64,000 nucleotides of DNA, taken from assembly GCF_009914755.1 (NCBI RefSeq), contig NC_060935.1, one strand, 5' to 3'. The notes under the pieces are model-generated. The model did not search any database and was not told where the DNA came from. It saw nothing but the letters and a program-made list of their open reading frames with translations. Made by a program: the position numbers and the translations under genes. The stretch is from the human T2T-CHM13v2.0 reference genome, Homo sapiens. Within the stretch, counting starts at the first letter, position 1; the number at the start of each line of letters is the position of its first letter. Positions 1 to 14,629 of this stretch are shown piece after piece.

Positions 1-3
1 TAC

Positions 4-120
4 CTCTGAAATCTCATTATCAGCAGAGGAAATCTGCTCGAGGCGCGTTTGACAGAGCCTCTCCACCCAATATTGAATCTTTTCCGATTCTTCAAGGTCT
101 TCCCGCTCTGTCTCAGACAC
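4..120 (-). CDS. USH1C: Harmonin exon 18 (isoform-b specific, end of coiled-coil 2), VSETEREDLEE...ADNEISE
   Basis: 117 nt, CCCAG| acceptor and |GTA donor on minus strand; in frame with exon 17; matches recalled harmonin-b sequence. Confidence 0.95.
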
Positions 121-767
121 CTGGGACCCAGGATCGGCGCAGAAAGGAGAGGACAAAGGGCACATTTGAATAACATGTGGATAGAAATAGCATGAAAGCA
201 CTCCTTTAGAAACTCCAGAGTACTGTGAGGTGCATCAGCTATCTAGAAAGAGACCTGGGCTTGTTCCAACTGGCCCTCAAGGAGGCAGCAGCAAGGGAGA
301 AGAGAGTGGCGGGGTGTCAAATTCACTAAGCAGAACTTGTAGGCAAAATCAGAAAAGGGGCTTATGTATTGTGAGGGATTAGCTGGATCCCAGATCCCCA
401 TGAACCCTGAGGCTCTTATGATTTTCCAAGAATGGAGTTTTTGTAGCCTCCCCCAGCACATTCCAAGAGTTTAACTTGACTCTTTTTTTTCCTGCTCCAT
501 TCTGCCTTGCCCTCAGAAGCATAAGTTCAATCTTATTTTTAATTTTGTGGCTAATTTGTTCATAATGTCAGACCTAATGCATTTCACATTTTCCAGGACT
601 TCTCTGGTTTTATAATCTAATCAAATTGGCATTCTGATTCATGGATGCATTAAAGAGAAGCAGAAACAATGATACCTCCTACAGCTGGGGAGTTAAGGTT
701 ACCCATCTCACCTAGCATAGGAATTATTCATGGTGTAAGGTTGCTTTGGACATGTCTTCATGGGGAC

Positions 768-1325
768 AGCCTCAGATATATTCCCAGGTTGATGAGGTCT
801 AGCCTTAGACACACCCTATGTTGAGGGGAGCAGCCTTAGACTGATAGCCTGATTAATTGGGAGATAACCTCGCACCTACCACCTGCATAAGGGGGTTAGC
901 CTCAGACCCATATTCTCAGAGCCAAGCTAAGTTGGGTGGGGGGGGTCTGGTCTTACAATAACCTGGGAAGGGAGGCCAGAGTGATTCAGACTCGTAGACA
1001 GGTCAGTGGAAGCCTAACTTCAAAGCTACAAGCAAGGCAGAAGGGTTAGCCGCAGACCATACTCTAAGTAGCCTCAGAGCCACACCTGAGATGGAGAGGC
1101 CCAGCCTTAGACTCTGGTGGGGTAGAGTGAAGAGGACAGACTCAAATCTCTAAGCCAGGTGTATCAAAGGCTAACCTGAGACCTACCATCTGGTCAGAAA
1201 GGCTAACCTCAGACTCACACCCCCCGACCAAGGAGGCTAGTTTCAATTCCAAAGCCAGGAGCAAGACTCACACCCCCAAGCAAGGAGATTAGTTTCAATT
1301 CCTAAGCCAGGAGCTAACCTCAGAT
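768..1325. repeat. Degenerate ~33-bp-period tandem array (core A[G/A]CCT[C/T]AGAC) with an internal 53-bp duplication
   Basis: Cores at 768, 801, 832, 866, 898, 949, 982, 1016, 1048, 1070, 1103, 1138, 1173, 1205, 1239, 1291, 1316; 1211-1262 is repeated at 1264-1314. Confidence 0.8.
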
Positions 1326-1499
1326 GGCCCTGGGCAGGTGGCATGATCTCTCTCTCCAGGCTGGGGAGCAGGAAAGGGCTCACTCCACCCTTGTATGCCA
1401 TTTGAGGAGAACAACTCCAGCTGGTCCTCTGGGAGCACATGGAGAACAACCACATTGTGTCCCAGGGTTGCTTGCCTGGCCTGCAGGCAGGACACATAC

Positions 1500-1652
1500 C
1501 TCCTGGGCCAGCCGGTTGATCTTTAGCTGCTTTTCCTTCTCCAGCATTTCCTCTTTCTCTTTGTAAAGCTTTTGCTCAAACTCCAGTTCTTTCTTATTCT
1601 TTCTCAAGTCCTGCAGGCTGCCATACTTGGCTTTCTTCTTATCTTTTCCTTT
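1500..1652 (-). CDS. USH1C: Harmonin exon 17 (isoform-b specific, coiled-coil 2), KGKDKKKAKYGSLQ...KINRLAQE
   Basis: 153 nt, CAG|AAAGG acceptor, GAG|GTATG donor; contained in ORF 1380..1790. Confidence 0.95.
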
Positions 1653-1875
1653 CTGAGTAGATGTGGCATTGTTTATATGACAAAGATTAGAAATAGTGTC
1701 GACAGCACAGCACACGGGGCATCCAGTCCTCACATAACACAACCATCCCATGGTGAGCCCCTCCCCCAGCTCTCTCACCACTCTGGACATCAGACCTCAG
1801 GTTTAGGACAGGAAGGCCACTGCTACCTACTGCAGAGTGGGAGACACATTCTCTTTACCAGCCAGAAAGACTGGC

Positions 1876-2030
1876 TTATTAGTTCACTAACTAGCTGTGT
1901 GGCCTTGGCTAAGTTCCTTAACCTCTCTGGGCCTGATTTGCCTCATCTCCAAAATGGTAAAAATACCTCCCCCACAGGCTTGCCACCCAGTGCCAATGAA
2001 ATAACATCCATGAAAGAACTTTGTAAAAGT
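1876..2030. mobile_element. MIR (representative; similar relics at ~2580-2760, 11920-12090, 13430-13820, 15010-15210, 17690-17920, 18600-18760, 20300-20500, 25540-25660, 27540-27700, 29100-29300, 31560-31900, 45230-45450, 47190-47640, 54410-54600, 63545-63660)
   Basis: MIR core TGTGGCCTTGG..AAGTTCCTTAACCTCTCTG...CCTCATCT..AAAATGG or its reverse GAAACTGAGGCTCAGAGAGG. Confidence 0.7.
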
Positions 2031-3816
2031 TCTGTATAAATAAAAAATAAAATAAAAAAATAAATAAGTGCCATATAAATAAAGGGCATTGTGCTGATTT
2101 TCCAGTATCTGGCACATGCCTTCTGCATCATCTCATGTTCAGATTCAGAGATGCATCCTGGGAGATTCCAGAGAAAATCTGGGAGGGCTGGCAAGCTTCA
2201 TCTGTAGAGGTCCCGTCCTAAGCTAGAAGTGATAGGAGTCACACTGAGACCTGGGGGCTCAGACCCAGGGACATCAGATTTTACCCGCATGCTTAAGCTC
2301 TGGACCATTTCACCCTGGAGAGTCTAGACCCACAGTTTCCTCTGAATTGTGCCCCTCTACCGAGGGCTAGCTGGAAACTGCAGGACTGGGAGGCAGGGCA
2401 TGGAGAGAATGGCTTAACTGCTTTACACTCACCATCAGGGTTCTAGAGGATTTGGGGAGGGACATGAAAGGCAAATAGACTCCTTATTTTTCCTGTAGGA
2501 ATTAGACCCACCGAGCCTGCATTCCTGGCTGCTTCTCTCATGGGGTTGCAGGGAAGCCAGGGGCTAAGGCAGGAAGAGAATGATCATTTATGAACTGCCT
2601 ATGTGCCAAGGGATTTATACCAATGATCTCCTATGTAGGTTTATCCTCATTCTTTGATGAAGGAGCTGAGGCTCAGAGAGGTAAAGTCCCTTGTTCAATG
2701 TCAGACAACTTGTAACTGATAGTACCAGGATTTGGACCTGAGTCTTCGAGGTCCTAGTTTTTCTATGGTGCCCTGATGAGCTGGGGGCAAGGGAAACACG
2801 GCAGGAGGGAGGGTCAGCCCCTATCACACACAGCGTGGAGGACAGAGCGAGCATTCAGGAGAGGGGCAGCAGAGACAGCCCACACCCTGGGCAATTTCTG
2901 GGGCAAGGAGGAAACCCCCTGTTCACTGAGCTCACCCCCGCCCCCAACAAGCCTTCTGGGGATCTGCTCTTGAATTTTCTGAATCATCTTAGTATCCAAG
3001 GCCAGGAATAAGGAATTGAGCTCCCTAGCAATGGACACACAACATTCATCCACAGCTGGAGGGACTTGGTGGGCCATTATGGACCTCTGAGGGACTCTTC
3101 CTAGCTCCTCTCCTAAAGACACACACCTCTGTGTACTGCTAATGTGCTCTGGAAATGGTCACCTCTGGGACCCACCTCCAGAGCAGTGTATGAGCCTCTC
3201 GAGAAAATGGTTCTCACTGCTTCAGAGTCCTGCTTGGTTCCTTGCCTACCTTGTTCACTAGACTCAGTTGATAGATGAATCCCTGCCATCGTAGTAGAGA
3301 TTCAGACAGCAATTTCCCAAGAGGAGCCAGAAACACTGCCTAATGGTAGCTTGCTAGAGTAAGAGCCTGGCCTCCTCCAGGACCACCACGAGAATAATGG
3401 CCATTCTGTTGCTTAAAAAAAGAAAGAAAGAAAGAAAAAAAAACTACCAGTGCTAAGATTATAGAGTCAGGGCTTCTGGGTGGGGTAGTAGACAGTTTCT
3501 GTCTCATGCCCAAGAAAGTCATATCTGTACAGATGCAGAGGGCAAGTTGCCCCATGGCATTTCCCACTGATCTCAGACTGGCCCCACACAGATTACTTAG
3601 CTGTGTGTGAATCTGCCTTCCCTGCCAGACGGTGGGCTCCTGCAAGTAGGGCTGGTCTGTGTGAGTGACTCAAGCAATTCTGATGAAAGGGCTTAGTCAG
3701 AATCATGAATCCTTCATGCCCTGGCACAAATTCTGTGGGGCCAAAGGCCTGGGAACCTTGAGCCCCAGAGGGATTTACTGCCAAGGTGGAAATAGAAGAC
3801 ACTGAAACTTTATATT

Positions 3817-4100
<284 letters not shown>

Positions 4101-4644
4101 CTGAATCTTTATATTTTTAAATAAGGGGAATTTATGCACAGATATCATGGCCATGGATACCCACTTGCATTTCCTGGAGACTTGGCGTTCCAGCTGCTGG
4201 GAGACAAAGAGTCTCTCACGGCTCTAGAAAAAATGATGACGGGTTTTCAGAGCCAGTATGAGGGGCATGGTTCTGTTGTCCTTTCAGCTGTCAGTTACAT
4301 CCATGGCCTGTCAGTTACAATATTTCTTTTGGTCCAGACTGAGAGGTGAGGCAGATGGGGCGATTGTGCTATTGATTCTACCCAGAAGCAATTCTTCTTT
4401 TTTTTTTTTTGAAGTGAAAATGAAAACCAAAATGACAGCTGTTTCTGGAATAATTAGATTAAGGAATAGGGGAAAGGCAACCCTATTTCTTTATCAACAG
4501 CACTTTCAAGGACATGATTTCTGATGGGAGGTGGTATGTGGAGAAGATTCTAGTTCTTTTACATTTACATGTTATTAGTGCCTGAAAAAGATTTGACATA
4601 TCTGTCTCCTTTATTATTTTTTTCAAGTAAAATCCTATGTGTGC

Positions 4645-4682
4645 ATGTGTGTGTGTGCTTGTGTGTGTGTGTGTGTGTGTGT
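4645..4682. repeat. (TG)n microsatellite (others: (TG)~14 at 44943-44970; (GAAT)n at ~36146-36174; A-run+(TA)n at 51773-51818)
   Basis: Direct reading. Confidence 0.9.
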
Positions 4683-5838
4683 TTTGTCCTCTCTAGCTGA
4701 GTTCTAGTAGAGGCAGAATATAGAGAAGAATTAGAAATCTAACCCAATGAGGCATCCTAAGCCACCAAAGTCAGCCTGTCAAGGGAAACAGATAGTCTTA
4801 TGAGACCAAGGCCTTTCTGAGACCAGGACAATGTGTGAAGGAATTCCCAGAGGAACTCTGTTCCAAGTTTATTCAATGCTATACAAATCTTGATATATGT
4901 TCCTAGATAAAGGCATTAAGCTCTGTCAGGAAAAATATTACTGTTTGTTATTTTAATAGCAATGTGCTGGAGGAAGGGGGTAGATTTTCCTGGCACAGTT
5001 AATATTCCCATTTTACAGGCAGGGAGAATTATATATCATCAAGGTCACTCAGCTGCCAGTGCTCTGGTTTCTGGGGGACTGACATCTTGCCAGAAAGCGC
5101 TGGTCAAGTGATAACATCCAATTTAGCTCACCCAGATTTATGCTGCTGCCTGACCTCCAAATACCAAGTCATCTCGAATGTCCAATTATAGATATTAACA
5201 GCAATGTTTTCACAATCAAATGTCAATGTGATTTAGAAAGATAAGGACAAGAGAGTTTTACAAGGCCTGGAGATATTGTAATAAGATTTAGAGAGAAAAT
5301 TAAAGGTCCTAGAGATTGGAAAAATGCATTATCCTGGGCACATGCAGAGATATTCCTAGGAGAGGGCTGTGCTTGGAGTGGGTCTCTGTCCCAACCTGAG
5401 GCAGCAAATCCCCACCTCGTCAGCCAGGCTGCGTCTGGCACAGCTGGTCTCATAACATGCACTAGGTACACCCACTCCGATAATTTGCTCTGTCTGACCC
5501 CAAGCTTCTGGCCTTGGTCTCTAGTTCTACTTGACAGAGAAACACAGGAGAAGCTTCCTGCCCCTTTCCTGTTCCCATCAGGGCCAGTGCTGATGCACAC
5601 ACTGCCAGATGGTACTTGGATAGGTCTCACACCATGGATCCCTCTCCCAATGTTGCCTTTGCAACAGCACCCTGCCATTTGATGTCAGCCTGACACAAAG
5701 ATGGAGATGGAGTTAGCCTTCCAAGTGAACAGGCCAAGTCACACCATTTAGTGTTGATAGGACAAGGAATGTTTGGGAAAAGCCAAAACCCACAGCAAAC
5801 TAAGCAGCACACCAGCACAGCACCCAACCCTGTCCTAC

Positions 5839-5888
5839 CTTCCGGATGGTTGGGAATTTGCCATCGTAACGATAAAACCATCCAAAAG
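5839..5888 (-). CDS. USH1C: Harmonin exon 16 (isoform-b specific), (S)FGWFYRYDGKFPTIRK
   Basis: 50 nt, TATAG| acceptor, AAG|GTAGG donor; phase 1 to 0 links exon 14 to exon 17. Confidence 0.93.
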
Positions 5889-6665
5889 CTATAAGACACA
5901 GATAACAAAATGATGAGACACAGTTCAGCTCAGCCAGAGCATCCATGGGCAGCAGATGGGAGCTGGGTTCCCAAGGAATGCATGACTTTGTGAGATAAAC
6001 AGCATTGGCAGATCCGACAGCAAAACTGCACCCTCTGTCCAACTCGGCTTACCTGGCCTTGCCTTGGTTGCAGAACAGGCCTAAGACCACCGAGAAAAGC
6101 CCCGGTTCCCAGGCCCTGGGTCACTCTCAAATGCCTCTCCCCAGAACACTGGTTTCAGAAGTCAGGGCCAGAACATCAAAGAGAAAACCCCTTGTGGAAG
6201 GATGAGCTTTTCCAAATCACAGTCTTCACATACAAAGCCTTGTTGAAAGAGAACAAGGCCTTTTCTAACCCATGTCTGGTCCCTCCATACAAAAAATGGC
6301 TCGAGACAAAAGGGAGCCTGGGTGTCTGCCTAGAACTGTTGTTCGACAGAACAAAACTGGCTTGTCTCATAGTGCAGGTCAAGTCCTCCGCTTTCAACAT
6401 TCAAAGAGAAGGCAGTGGCTGGGACAGCTCTTGGAAGGACAGCTCCAGCAGGAGCGGGCAGGAGATGTGCCCCCAGAAAACAGATCCTCATCCAGGCCAG
6501 ATAACCAGTGCACCAGCCCCCTTCCTTCCCCAGGCCGCAGCTCCACAGAGTAATACCCCCAATCTGAAGCTCCCTGGGGCCAAGAGCGATGGCTGAATTA
6601 CCCACCCCGGACCAGCCTGAGTGCTGGAACAGGATGCTGAAAGCCTCCTGCTGGACCAGACACTA

Positions 6666-7166
<501 letters not shown>

Positions 7167-8335
7167 TCAGCTTCCTCCATGGGAGCTGTGAGGTCAGGGG
7201 CAGGGGACAGAGTTCAGGAGAGCAGAGCAAAGGTTTTTTGCTCTGAGCTGGTGCATACAGTGCTTTCAACCTTGGCAGCTTTAGTTTTTCTGTCTGTACA
7301 AAGGGCTAACAACAGGAAACTCAGATCTGAGGGTAGCATGAGAACCATTTTGTAGGGTATTGGGCTGAAGGCTGGGAAGTGCAGTGAGGAGGATGGGAAT
7401 ATCTGAGAATCGCACACGTTTGAGGGCAAGGGGCTGCAATGGGAGAACAGACCCTCCTGCCTTGTGCTTATCACCCTTGCCTTGGAGCTCTGGGACCCTA
7501 GGGGATGTCTGAACAGTGTGGGCAGCAGATGGAGGCTGAAGGTCCTGAGGAGGTGGGGACATCCCAAAAGGTAAAAGGGGTACATGCAGTTAGGAAGACC
7601 TGAATTTTGACATAATGTGGAGAGAAGAGCAAACCCTCCATTCCAGAGTTTCCAGCTTGGACTCTGGCCTCCGGCCTCCCTAGGACTCTGGAAGGTAGTA
7701 TACCCGTTTGCTTGTGAGCTGCTTTTTAATATTTTAAAAGCTTAACAGAACTTGCCCATTGGCCTATGCAAAGGCTGTTAAGTTCTTTGGCTCTTGGCTC
7801 AAATTACATTTACCCAACAGTGGAACCCTGATGCTCCCTTACTAACAAGGACTACTTAATAAAACAATGGAACACAAATGATTATTTAATAGTTCGGTAG
7901 GAAAATAACCTCAACTTCCAAATCGTGGGGTCTCTTGTGGTGGAGGTGGGGGAGATAGTTGATGGGGCCTTGGATAGGGAGAGAAGGTTGGAGATGTCCT
8001 ATTTAAACATCTCCATCTTTCAAGAATCCTTCAGCTACCAGATCCTTAGTCAAGGCTGCCCCTGGCAACTCCTGCATAACCACCTACATAACTCCTGCCT
8101 AAGCTAAGGGAAGGTCTGTTAGGAGCCTCCGTGGTGGTGTCCTGGCCTTCAGGGCTTGGCAAAATGTTGGGGGTCTGCTGGATCAGCCACGGGTAGGTGG
8201 GCAGGAGCAATTTTAAGGGCCCCCTGGGGCAGGTTGGGGGGCAGTCAGTCCCAGGCACATAATTAGGATGAGTGACTTCATTTTCTAGGTAAGAGATGCC
8301 CCATGCTCTTTTATTTTAAAAAATGCAGGGCCCGG

Positions 8336-8634
8336 GGCCAGGCACAGTGGCTCATGCCTGTAATCCCAGCACTTTGGGAGGTGGAGACGGGCAGATCACC
8401 TGAGGCTGGGAGTTCAAGACCTGCCTGACCAACATAGTGAAACCCTGTCTCTACCAAAAATACAAAATTAGCTGGGCTTGGTGGCGCATGCCTGTAGTCC
8501 CAGCTACTCGGGAGGCTTTGAGGCAGGAGAATTGCTTGAACCCAGGAGGCGGAGGCTGCGGGGAGCTGAGATCACGCCATGGCACTCCAGCCTGGGCAAC
8601 AAGAGCAAAACTCTGTCTCAAGAAAAAAAAAAAA
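8336..8634 (+). mobile_element. AluSp/Sq-like SINE
   Basis: Full dimer with poly(A); GCAACAAGAGC diagnostic; TSD core GCAGGGCCC both sides. Confidence 0.93.
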
Positions 8635-10228
8635 GCAGGGCCCACCCCTTGCAGGCATAGAAGCCTGAGTCAGGTATAACCTATTGCAAACTGGGTGCTG
8701 AGTTGAAGGGTGGTTGGATAGGAGCTGGCTGGGGCCCAGGCCTGCTGGACCAACTCAGCCCTGACCATGCTAGACCCCGGGGAACAGGGAGTGAGGCAGG
8801 AGGTGAGCTGGCTCAGGGACCTCACTGCATTTCCTGCCTTAGGTCCAAATGAGAATTAAATTGCTGGTGCATACAGAGACAGATAGAGGCAGCAGCTGTC
8901 CCAGCTCAGCGGGCAGGCGGGGGTCATCCATCCTGTGCTTTGTGGAGCTGCCTAAGATCACATTTACCTTGAGCAAATGCAAAATTCTTGGTCTTTTTAT
9001 TCAAAGAGCTTGATTTGTTTAAAAGGCACTAAATAAATAACCAGCTAGTGAAAGGGTTTTTATTTTCTATTGCTCCTGAGAGGGTGTGTTTGCTGTGAAG
9101 CTGAGGCCCAATTTCTTGGAAGGTACCAAATTGACTAGGATTACTTCCATGAGAAGCAATTAAAATCGATTTCTCTCCTGAAGCTCCTATTTCACTCGTA
9201 AGAGCAAATTAGCTGTCTGTCTAAAACAGCGATCATTCATTGGGATCTTAGCTCTGGCCATATCCTCAACTGATACTGAATGTCACGGGGGAGGCTGATG
9301 AGAGTGTGCTTTGTCCTTCTGAGAGGACCAGGAGATGACACTGCCCTGCTGCCAGGAAGAAATGTGTTGGGAGCTGTTTGACTGCACCAGGGAGGGGTGA
9401 AATGGAACCATCCAGATGCCCTGCACCTCTTCCTTGGTGCAAGTGGCCTATGTTGGCAGGTTGACATTCCCATAGGTCTCATATGTGACCCAAAGTTGGG
9501 GACAGAGCTGTCCAGACCCCATCACAACATGCCAAATGACTGCCCCACAGCAGAGATGGGGAACCTGGGCTCTTGAGTCCAGAATAGCCCCTTGCTGGAG
9601 GTTCCCAGGTCAGCTGAGCACAATCAGCTGGAGTAGGACCTGTCCTGTGTCAACTATAAGTCAAAACAGCTGGAAGGCAGGAGTAAGGACCCAACCAGCA
9701 ATCCTGGACTTGTGGTTGTCATGGTCCCCGTTTTCCTCTGGCAGTGTGGGCTGCCTCTTAAAGAGGCATATGGAAGCTGGGGTTGAGAAGGTGGTCAGGG
9801 AGCAGGTGGTAGAGGCTTAGACTGAAAATGGAGGTGAGGATGTGGGACGGATGAAGAGAGGAGATGGTAAGGAGAGTATGAGCTGAGGCCCCAGGACAGC
9901 ACAGCCACAGCCCATAGCTGGGTGTCTGGGAGAGGCCTCCTTGTCCTGTTCCTGCCTCCATCCTTGGTCCACATACAGGGATATAGGGGCTGGAGACACT
10001 TAGTAAGCTCCTCCCACAGTTATGAATCAACCTTGGACCACCAGAGCCCTTCTCTGATGTGAGGTCCTTCCCCTCTTTTCTGCTGCTGGCTTCACCCCAG
10101 CCCCTGTTCAGAACCAAGTAGGAGGAGGACATGGTACCCAAAACATTAGGACGGTAATCCCATGAGCTAATCCACTTTCACTATGGCCCTTATTCCCTCT
10201 TCAGCAGCCTGACAGCCTGCCCATGTCA

Positions 10229-10615
<387 letters not shown>

Positions 10616-10943
10616 TTACTGGAGTCAGAACCCTCACAGGCCCATCTCCTGCATATCGGAGAGCCCCAGCCAGCCTGGGGAGAAGCCTCATGGTTCTAGC
10701 CATGATGAATCAAGCAAAGTCCCCGAGCTTGTATTCTAAATTGAGTGTGAACCCCACCTTGGCAATTATACGAGACTATGTTTCAGTTACTATAATATGA
10801 CAGGCTTTACTACAAATAAAGGAGGACCCACCAGGGGATGAGAGAACCAGGTAAACTGGTTCTGGAGGCAGCCTCTGGTTGGCCACACTCCCCTGAGCAC
10901 ACTGATGTTCATGCACAGACACCCGTGGAGCCGAGGTACTCAC

Positions 10944-11009
10944 TGTTCCATCTCCTTCCGGTATCTCTCATTTTCCTCTGCTGCCTTCTGGGCAATTTCT
11001 TTTCTCCTT
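10944..11009 (-). CDS. USH1C: Harmonin exon 13 (coiled-coil 1), RRKEIAQKAAEENERYRKEMEQ
   Basis: 66 nt, TTTCAG| and |GTGAGT. Confidence 0.96.
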
Positions 11010-11431
11010 CTGAAACACAAATGCAGATTGGCATGTTTGGCCCTATGCAAGAGAAATGAACTCTTCCTTACTGTGAATTCTTGATTTGGAGAAAAGTTGG
11101 ATTTTTCTCCAGGCTCCCTTCCTAGGAGGCCTGGACCAGCTTTGGTTTTGGGGGACGTTATCTAACAAAGTCTGGACGCTGTGCTCTTGCGTGGTTTTGT
11201 CTGGCATGGCTGAGCAGAGATGCTGGGCTGTGGGAGGAGGGAAGCAGATCCATGTGAAGGCCACACTCCATGCACCCTCCTCCAAACACTTAGGTAAGGT
11301 GACTGATGACAGGCGGGGCCTGGACTGACCCCAGGAGCAAAGCAGGGGCTCCTAGCCAGGTGGAATACTCCCAGCTAACTCTGTGTTGGGGGAGATGGGG
11401 ACAGCCTTTCCTCTTTCCTTTTCAAAATACA

Positions 11432-11729
<298 letters not shown>

Positions 11730-12380
11730 ATGAAATACTTTTAAATGCCTAAAAGGTATTTGGATTTGGATCTTGACAGTAGTTTTTGATTTATGAATTG
11801 CTCACCCCATTTATTCTCTTAGGCCATCATTTCAATCCTCCTGGACAAGGGTGAGCTTCATCACTATAGGCAGGGCAGCCCTGTGGGGACTTGCCAGATT
11901 GCCTGGGGGTGATCCCAGCTTGGCCACGTGTGACGTTAGACACAAGTGGCTTCACCTCTCTGAGTGTCAGTCTCCACACCTCTAAAATGGGGTTAATACT
12001 CTCTACCTCCCAGGGCTATTGTGGGAATTAAGAAACATAAACAAGGCCCTAATACAACACCAGCCTTATGGAGGTACTTGACAAATGTTAGCTGGTAGCT
12101 AATCCTAGCTAGCTAGAGCCTACTGCTAGTAGGATGCTTATTTTCCATATTCTTGGAATGTTGGAAGACAGGGGGCTCTGCTCAGCAAGGAGGAAGGAGC
12201 CAGGTGGTCTGAGGCCAAGGATGGATACGCTGACCTACCACCAAACTCATCTGGTCTGAGGACTGGCCTCCAGGGAGGAGGAGGAAGTTGGCTGGGGACA
12301 CAGCGGGCAGGAAGCAAGCTAGGTGGGGTCGTGTGGTGGGGTGGGAGGCGGGACAGGGCATCCAGGGCTGGCTGCACTCA

Positions 12381-12695
<315 letters not shown>

Positions 12696-12808
12696 TCAGA
12701 GCTTCAGGGAAGGAGACCAGCCACCCTGGGAGTGTGTGGCAGAGATCAAAGGTCAGAGGGGCTGGGGATGAAGGTCAAGGGGCTCCCACCAGCTCATTCT
12801 GGACTTAC

Positions 12809-12865
12809 AGCTGCAGCTACAATGGAGATGGTCAGGCTGCGGCTACTCTTCAGCACATTTACAGC
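12809..12865 (-). CDS. USH1C: Harmonin exon 11 (end of PDZ2), AVNVLKSSRSLTISIVAAA
   Basis: 57 nt symmetric (phase 0-0) exon, ACAG| and |GTAAGT. Confidence 0.96.
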
Positions 12866-13016
12866 CTGTGGGGACAGAAGGACAGTGGGCCGAGGCCTGA
12901 CAGACCACAGCAGTCCAGGCAGAGAGCACAGAAGGCCCCAGGCTCCAGGGTGGTGGGGATGAGAAGTGGGGTGTGGAGATGACAAGGGCCAACAGGTGAA
13001 GACCCCCACATCTCAC

Positions 13017-13076
13017 CTCCTTGTGATCCAGGTTAGAGAAGTCGACGCCATTGACTTCGACAATCTGGTCCCCTAT
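13017..13076 (-). CDS. USH1C: Harmonin exon 10 (PDZ2), IGDQIVEVNGVDFSNLDHKE
   Basis: 60 nt, CCAG| and |GTGAGA; PDZ GD-x-I-x-x-VNG signature. Confidence 0.96.
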
Positions 13077-13982
13077 CTGGTGGGGAAATGGAGAAAGATT
13101 AGTGTGTTTGCGCTATCTGTACACTCGCTCATCTGCAGGACGGGCTCCCCCAGGGGCTCTGGGTCAGATGCTGGATCTTCAAGTGGCAGTACCTCAGCTC
13201 CTCCTGATGAATGGAGCAGTTGGAAAGCTCTGGTGGAGCTCTGGGAGGGCTTAAAGCTGACCCTGGCACTCCCCTACTTCATAACTATCTTATCAACTAT
13301 CAAATATTATACCATTACATGTTCATTTCTTTGGCTAAATTTGATGACATTTGCTTTAAAAATCACAGTTTGCAGATGCGGGAACCTTTGAGCTTCTCAT
13401 TTAGCACAGGCTGTGTTGAATCGTCATAACAGAATAGCTAACATTCACTGATCACTTACAATGTGCTTGGCACAGCTCTAGTATACATATTAATTACTTT
13501 AACCCACACAACAACCTTGGAAGAAAGCCTGTATTATCCCCATCTTACAGGTAAGCAAACAGACATGAAGTAACTTGTCCAAAGAAGAGGTTAAGGGTTC
13601 CTGCTTTGGGATTGGACCACCTAGGTTTGAATCCCAGCCCTACCATATGAGGTACACGATTTTGGAAAAATCATATACTTTCTCTGGGTCTCAGTTTCCT
13701 CATATGTAAAGTGGGGATAATGGTGGTACTTAACCCTCAGCATTCTTGTGAAGTGTAAAGGGCATGGAACAATGTCTGATGCAAGTGGACACTGAAGGTC
13801 CGCTCTTTGATTACCATTACGACATTCCCAAGCTCGTGACCAACAACTATCAGAGCTGGGGAAGGCTGCAGAAGGGTCAAACATCCCCAGTCTGTGAAGC
13901 CTTCTCTGCAGGGTGGGTAGGGCTCCTACTCCCTCAGTGTCCACTGAAAGAGGGCCATGTGGAAAGGCACCTGCCCCTGTCA

Positions 13983-14186
<204 letters not shown>

Positions 14187-14445
14187 TCAGGATACAGGTC
14201 ACTCATGAGCTGAGGACTGAAGGCCCTTGACTGCCTACCTCTTCAGCCTCTGTGTCCCTCTCCAGCCTGATTTCTACTGCTACCCTGGGCAACAGCCACA
14301 GAAAAATCCTTGTAATTCTTCCTACCCAACCTCTCACCTAATATACCTCATATGCTGTTTCTTCTTTCTTTCTAGCACTTTCCTGTCCATCCATTAAGAC
14401 TCAAATGCTATCCCTTCTATAAGGTTTTTACCAGATCCTCTTATT

Positions 14446-14629
<184 letters not shown>

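Noticed and set aside
768-1325. CRISPR-like repeat/spacer interpretation of the 33-bp array
   Set aside because: Cores are only ~10 bp and degenerate, spacers share residual similarity, there are no cas genes and the context is a human intron; a decayed minisatellite explains the form
12095-12135. Short TAGC/CTAG palindromes and a 6-bp hairpin
   Set aside because: Short, at a MIR end, expected by chance
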